This document shows positions 60,001-64,000 of a stretch of 64,000 nt of DNA, one piece after another. This stretch comes from a virus, in the IMG/VR virus record IMGVR_UViG_3300027779_002128, positions 1-64,000 of that record. One strand, 5' to 3'. Each line of letters opens with the position of its first letter. The first letter of the stretch is position 1. Position numbers and translations under genes: made by a program. Under the pieces are notes generated by a model that worked only from the letters and a program-made list of their open reading frames with translations, was not told the DNA's origin and did no database searches.

Positions 60001-61285
60001 TCTGCGTGTAAAATGTTTTAGGAGCTCTATCTTTAATGGCCGCCAAACTTTCTGCAGGACTACTGTTACCTACAGCGTATTGTAAACTGTAAGTTAACGA
60101 TAAGTTATATTTCTTACCTGCTTCGTTTGTATAAGGTACTGATATTGATAGCCCTCTTGCTTCTTCTGGATCCATAGTGTATCTCGAAGGATCACTAGTT
60201 CTGTACCATAGTCTGTAAATTCCTGTAGGCACGTTTCCAAATTCACCGTCTGGGAAACGTAATCTTATTCCGTTGCTGTCGCCTATGTTTTCTACAGAGT
60301 ATAAATTTCTTGAGTCTAAACTTTTACTGTTATAGTTTAGAGTTTGTCCAACTGTGTTAGGAATTTTCTCCCACTTAGACAACACTTGACCGCCTGTGTT
60401 TACTTCTTGTAAGTACACATCTGATTCGTTAATATTTTCAATTAGCACATCTTGTGTTCTACTTTCAACTGGTGTTGTAAAATTGTAGTCTGTAAATGCC
60501 AACGATCCTTGTCTAAACATAACAAAGAACCCTGTGTTGCTACTGCTTGTTCCTTTGCCATCATTTCTATAAATTAGATTAAACAAGTTTGTCGGATCTG
60601 GGTGCCTTTCATAAAAATGACTGTTGTCCTTAAAATCTGGATTAACAATATTAAACTGTTTAGTTGCCCCATTAATGTTTACAGAGTTATTATATGTTAT
60701 AGGAGAGTTGAAAGGTGTATTAAGTTGATACAACTCTGTGTTAATGCTGTTAACTGTTCCTGTTTTAATAGGAGATGAGAATCTATTAGTGCTACTCATT
60801 GCAGAGTTCAGTACTGTAATAAACTGTTCATAGTTGTCTGAGTTATTTACATCATCCCAGAGGATTGTTTTATTCATTAAATTAACGCCTAAACTGTCTG
60901 TAAGAGGCTCTGTTGTTTTTACACCTGTAAGTTTCATTACTCCACTGGCAGGAATGTTTCTTTTAGGATTGTAACCTAGCATTCTTGCAAGTTTAAACAC
61001 TGAGTCTTTTCGTTCTGCTGTCTCTAAGAAGTTTTCTCTAGTGTTCACGTCCATTCTGAATGCTAATGACTGCGACAGGTATGCCAGCAATTCTATAATT
61101 GCTATAAATTCTGAGCTCTCAATATAGTCGTTAAAGTTTTCTGGGAAATTTGTTTTAACGTAGTCGACCATTGCACCACGCATGGTGTCAAAGTCGTATG
61201 CTTGATAATCTACCTGACTGTATGCCTTGTAAGCAATTTTCCAATCTTCTGCGGCAAATAAATTGTTTTGTCTACTTTTAGCCAT
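57074..61285 (-). CDS. Baseplate wedge subunit, T4 gp6-like
   Basis: DFD....F.D..ESS...IELLAY....E.FL.TA....SV..LA..LGYNPKR; RFPDG.FG..P; QNRMVSAQDY. Confidence 0.88.
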   Translation of the reverse strand: MAKSRQNNLFAAEDWKIAYKAYSQVDYQAYDFDTMRGAMVDYVKTNFPENFNDYIESSEFIAIIELLAYLSQSLAFRMDVNTRENFLETAERKDSVFKLARMLGYNPKRNIPASGVMKLTGVKTTEPLTDSLGVNLMNKTILWDDVNNSDNYEQFITVLNSAMSSTNRFSSPIKTGTVNSINTELYQLNTPFNSPITYNNSVNINGATKQFNIVNPDFKDNSHFYERHPDPTNLFNLIYRNDGKGTSSSNTGFFVMFRQGSLAFTDYNFTTPVESRTQDVLIENINESDVYLQEVNTGGQVLSKWEKIPNTVGQTLNYNSKSLDSRNLYSVENIGDSNGIRLRFPDGEFGNVPTGIYRLWYRTSDPSRYTMDPEEARGLSISVPYTNEAGKKYNLSLTYSLQYAVGNSSPAESLAAIKDRAPKTFYTQNRMVSAQDYNVFPETQSSNVTKIKAINRTHSGHSRYIDINDPTGTYHNIDTFADDAFVYANNSNYKQEITVNDATTALEVVASVIPAALKDRKVNNFVYYKMRNVWTNTATGGAYANFRYTAHDAVLWNALPLTETSKTGYISEQFTDGNRNVLVNTLAKTSMFKENTFLKFVNPSDLAGYKWVRIVNIENRGALSAGLSTSIGPITLSEEVNSSWEVREVIVSMRKLFSTAEIGGASGFETAIKNRETFGIGYNLQTDTWYKIPSTELTTASKTGSYSLNSVQAGPNSWVILMEYSAIDINNYKYKMTIRGAEYVVQSEADLKFYNVKSVKTLGSDNKSNKDTVIITSTNTKPGTSETFEWSGTQWTNTEHGIAITPIGLAINLPLRTRDTKATDVDTQWVSNFGILKTYGTNVADQVVNNKYVDEAIVTLNTYHQVGGITSETNVVIANNIGTIQSLPSKIDIPFNDTTFGIKFVDTTESIPYMVYRQVPNEGSAGTEKIFKSRAQVVTANGVAGTGAGATETVKSWGADGSAVDSTPDLGRLHLKSYDTVTGVGKLEYARVQNGDYHYSRDDTANPPYRDKIVVHYENSREKLDKPIEWEVVDSFKESDGYTDNRKVIVAPLDTDNDLVPDRPIQFLEYVDATDYVFFSYYTDFDGYKYDKPYTGVIRDFRREDTLLINDARDTVSPTSYRKDVSLSSSQWIVVKNKTVATQFEDLVNTKGLIVTTADDMKTYQLTPLSTSLTQVKLNLTTDYFVKNGRGKTQNSDAPFIAPGTIRWNHVAPSDVRIDPSISNVVEMVVLTTSYYTDVLEWQARQIGTFPLEPTSDELSSEFAILDSYKSASDTLVYRSAKFKLLFGSSADAVCQAKFKVIKLSDQISDNELKAKVINAINIYFAVTNWEFGESFYFTELSSYIHQQLGSNIGSIVILPKTSTGKFGEMFQVKAEPNELFISTATVSDIEIVSRLDNQTLGS

Positions 61286-61659
61286 TAACTAATACCTTCA
61301 TTTATTTGTTGAGTATAAGTTAGGTATAATGTTTCAACGGAACCAAACGGTATCACGTCTATTATAACTTCAGCACTTATAGAGTTATCCAATACAAGCA
61401 CTTTTACTTCTTTCTCACCGACCCTTGGGTCTTTTTTTAATATTCTTTGTATATCTTCCTTGGCAAGTTTTTCAACGTTACTATCTGCTGGGTCCATTAA
61501 TAAGTCCCAAATAATACACCCAAAGTTTGGTCTCATTGCCCGTTCACCCTTTTTAGTGTATAGCTCGTTTTGTAAATCACGGAGTACTGTATCGGCACCA
61601 GTTGTAGTAAATGGTGCTTTAGTTTTACCTATTGTATTAAATCCGATTAATCTAGCCAT
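61285..61659 (-). CDS. Baseplate wedge subunit, gp25-like
   Basis: DL.N.L.T.KGER..RPNFG..IWDLL.DP...DPRV; start ATG 61659. Confidence 0.88.
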   Translation of the reverse strand: MARLIGFNTIGKTKAPFTTTGADTVLRDLQNELYTKKGERAMRPNFGCIIWDLLMDPADSNVEKLAKEDIQRILKKDPRVGEKEVKVLVLDNSISAEVIIDVIPFGSVETLYLTYTQQINEGIS

Positions 61660-61664
61660 ACTGT

Positions 61665-61671
61665 TATTTAT
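61665..61671 (-). promoter_or_regulatory. ATAAATA late-type promoter motif, 5 nt before the gp25-like ATG
   Basis: ATAAATA-ACAGT-ATG. Confidence 0.6.
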
Positions 61672-61732
61672 CAGAATCATTATAACAAGTTTTAATTTAC
61701 CAAAAAGGGTAGCAACCTGTATGTAATATGCT

Positions 61733-61814
61733 TAAATACAAGTAAGCACATTCTTGTGTGAAACAAACGATATACATTATCGTTCCATGTAAACCCACGT
61801 GCAAGGGGATATGA
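61733..61814 (+). promoter_or_regulatory. TAAATA motif followed by a structured 5' leader
   Basis: TAAATA 61733-61738; three predicted hairpins, the last pairing with the AAGGGG SD. Confidence 0.45.
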
Positions 61815-62057
61815 ATGCGTCATCTTTCAAACGTGTTTAATGAGATTTGGGCAGTAGCAGAAGAGCGTAACCGATCAGGCAATCGTTTTATTAAGATTTA
61901 CGAATCTAAAAAGCGATATGTTACGTTTGGGATTTATGATTCCAGGACAAAGCGTTATTGTATGTTTAATACAATAAACCTTGTTGGTAACTTTCGGTAT
62001 AACTCAAAGGTTGTGCCGCCAGAATTCTCAGAAATGAGACATTTGGTTAACTCTTAG
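61815..62057 (+). CDS. Small basic hypothetical protein (80 aa)
   Basis: SD AAGGGG 6 nt upstream, own terminator, no overlapping minus-strand gene. Confidence 0.75.
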   Translation: MRHLSNVFNEIWAVAEERNRSGNRFIKIYESKKRYVTFGIYDSRTKRYCMFNTINLVGNFRYNSKVVPPEFSEMRHLVNS

Positions 62058-62062
62058 AAGTG

Positions 62063-62099
62063 AGGGCAGTTCGTCTGCCCTTGTTTCTCCTTCCTTTTT
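62063..62099 (+). terminator. Rho-independent terminator
   Basis: agggcag-ttcgt-ctgccct followed by a pyrimidine/U-rich tail. Confidence 0.65.
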
Positions 62100-62122
62100 A
62101 TCGTTTAAGTGTAAATAGTACT

Positions 62123-62305
62123 ATGCAACAAAACCATGAAATGACCGAAGCAGAACTTTATAGGAAAGCTGTAATTAATCTTGAAGGACGGTGTAAGGCA
62201 CTAGAACAAGAGGTTAAAACAGAGAATTCGTTAAAATATACTGCATATAAAAGGATTGCTGATTTAACTGCGGAACTTAATTTACTAAAAAGTAAGACTA
62301 GTTAA
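62123..62305 (+). CDS. Small coiled-coil hypothetical protein (MQQNHEMTEAELYRK...)
   Basis: TAAATA-GTACT-ATG at 62112-62125; heptad-like Leu pattern; the track start GTG 62060 lies in the terminator. Confidence 0.7.
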   Translation: MQQNHEMTEAELYRKAVINLEGRCKALEQEVKTENSLKYTAYKRIADLTAELNLLKSKTS

Positions 62306-64000
62306 GCAGGTCCATCTTCGGACGTCTTTTTAACGTAAAATTCTTCACGTTTTGCCTTGAGCATGTCTGCCAACACGCTCCACGGTACCCCACCTTCGGG
62401 TAAATCACCTAAGTTTATATCCATTTCATCCGGTGATTGAAACAACTGAGACTCGTATAGCCTTTGTGCTACAAGTACAGGGTCTATTGTGCCGCCTGGC
62501 TTGTCTAATACCCATTTCTGCATTTCTCTTGCTACGTTTTTATGTTGATCTGTATCATTTAACATAGTTGCAACTCTACTGCCAGCAAATACTTCTGGGC
62601 TAATGCTGTTAGCAAAACTAGTAATAGCAAGTTTACCATGATCATGCAGTGGTACTTTTAAATCGCCTGATATAGTATTGTATGTGTTGTTAAGGTCAGC
62701 AACTAGTCCTAATGTTGCTCCTACAGGGCCTATGCCTCCACTAAAGTCAACAAGTTTATTACCGAATGCGTCTTCAAAAATCATTTCGCCATCAACTGGC
62801 ATAGATATACCGTGTGATGCTAAAATGTTTTTTAAGTCTTGTGCGTCTTTAGCCATTGCAACAGCATCGTTAATTAGCCCTTGCATTTCTCCCATCTGGC
62901 CTTTTAATAATTCTAAGTCGAATCCAAGTTTGTCTAAACCGAACTGATTGAGTTGTGCCTGTAACGCAGATAGTTCTTTCTTCAAGCCTATTATTTTCTC
63001 CATTAATGCATTTGATGTTGGGAATCTAATAGGAGGTAATGCGGCTTTTATACCAGCAATTAATCCACCGAGGCCCATTATTTCTAATAATTTGGTTTCA
63101 TTCATTGTAGTGAAATTGTTAAATATTCCGCTCATTTTGTCGTATACTGGCGTGCCTTCTAATGCCGACAATGCCGTTCCTATAGGATCTTTTGCGGCAT
63201 CCATTACTGCTTGGGCGCCACTTAGTGCTTCTTTGCCAGCGGCTGTTGTGGCATCAAGGGCATCGTTAACTCCAGTAATTACATTTCCATCTTTGTCTTT
63301 ATAACTGGTTCCTACATTAGAACCTTCTGGTGTCTGCACAGTATCTGGTTGTTTCTGATCTGATGTACTTGCCCCTTCAGGTAACTTTTCTGTAATGGTC
63401 GGGTCTGCTGATGCCTTTTTATTTGACTCCGCTATAGGGTCAGCATTATAATGTGCCATATACGGCTCTTTTGTAAGCATTGCTGTTACAATAGAGTCTA
63501 TTTGGTCTACTTTGCCTGTTCTTTCGCCTGCTGTTGGTGCCATTGCCTCTGGCGTATCGTTTTCTTCTTGGGAATCCTCTGTCGGCTGTTTAGCTGGTTT
63601 ATTTTTTGGGTCTTTCCACTCTGGTGGCTTAACTGCCGCATCTTTAAATTTGTTTGTTCCTATTTGAGGAGCCACTGTAGCAACTACTGCCGGGATAGGT
63701 AGCATTGCTGGCGCACTATTTAACTGTACTGTAGCACCTACAATTGCTGTTATGGCTGGCGACACAATAGTTGAACCTAATAGACCACTTGCCATAAATG
63801 CGCCTGTGTTTGCCATTAGTGATATTCCGGAGCCCCAAGGTGCGGCCACTCCTGCTGTAAATACATCAAACTTGGCACCACTGTTTGCAATCCTTCCTGC
63901 GGCACTAAAGTCTATGTCGCCGCCTACAGCAGTTAGTTGTGCTCCTCTCTGGCCTAATGCAGACCATTCTCCTGCCGCTTCAAATCTTATATTACCACCT
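62302..64000 (-). CDS. Baseplate hub / tail lysozyme (gp5-like), 3' part; 5' end outside window
   Basis: Frame stays open from 63849 to the edge (GGNIRFEAAGEWS..., beta-helix-like); C-terminal GH24-like KVPL..AITSF..S..LN..KWV..LVAQR..E..LF; upstream of gp25/gp6. Confidence 0.7.
   Translation of the reverse strand, partial: GGNIRFEAAGEWSALGQRGAQLTAVGGDIDFSAAGRIANSGAKFDVFTAGVAAPWGSGISLMANTGAFMASGLLGSTIVSPAITAIVGATVQLNSAPAMLPIPAVVATVAPQIGTNKFKDAAVKPPEWKDPKNKPAKQPTEDSQEENDTPEAMAPTAGERTGKVDQIDSIVTAMLTKEPYMAHYNADPIAESNKKASADPTITEKLPEGASTSDQKQPDTVQTPEGSNVGTSYKDKDGNVITGVNDALDATTAAGKEALSGAQAVMDAAKDPIGTALSALEGTPVYDKMSGIFNNFTTMNETKLLEIMGLGGLIAGIKAALPPIRFPTSNALMEKIIGLKKELSALQAQLNQFGLDKLGFDLELLKGQMGEMQGLINDAVAMAKDAQDLKNILASHGISMPVDGEMIFEDAFGNKLVDFSGGIGPVGATLGLVADLNNTYNTISGDLKVPLHDHGKLAITSFANSISPEVFAGSRVATMLNDTDQHKNVAREMQKWVLDKPGGTIDPVLVAQRLYESQLFQSPDEMDINLGDLPEGGVPWSVLADMLKAKREEFYVKKTSEDGPA

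Noticed and set aside
62060-62122. Extended N-termini from the ORF track (62060, also 1042, 33116, 61680)
   Set aside because: They run through terminators or promoter motifs, or overlap neighbours; downstream ATGs fit coupling or the TAAATA-N5 pattern better.
1391-63702. Numerous plus-strand ORFs of 60-257 aa in the track
   Set aside because: They are antisense shadows of long minus-strand genes, with no RBS or recognisable motifs; only 61815-62057 and 62123-62305 lie in free space.
1-64000. Stop-codon reassignment, tRNA/rRNA genes, integrase or transposase
   Set aside because: Standard code gives near-complete coding density with TAA, TAG and TGA all used as stops; no cloverleaf or mobile-element motifs seen.

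Overview
AT-rich segment of a large myovirus-type (T4-like baseplate) phage genome, almost entirely encoded on the minus strand. Right part (23.3-64 kb) is a virion module: partial gp5-like baseplate hub with a lysozyme-like C-terminus, gp25-like and gp6-like wedge genes, a 789-aa protein followed by a 7,187-aa giant structural protein, and three fibre/adhesin genes. Left part (0.5-23.3 kb) is a translationally coupled enzyme cluster: 3 GT-A-like and 4 GT10-like glycosyltransferase candidates, a UDP-glucose/GDP-mannose dehydrogenase, a degenerate NeuB, five radical SAM enzymes (four with N-terminal Twitch domains), an SGNH protein, a B12 radical SAM enzyme, a StrB1-like amidinotransferase and a 2OG-Fe(II) oxygenase. 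It carries the same (T)ATAAATA late-type promoter as the tail genes. Best candidate for a new system: a phage late-expressed glycan synthesis and tailoring pathway, probably decorating the virion. Other notable signals: a duplicated His-containing module straddling the 789/7187-aa gene boundary with a 29-bp perfect repeat, apparent GCWGC avoidance, and TAAATA-N5-ATG putative leaderless starts. All family calls come from motif recognition by eye; no database searches were run.
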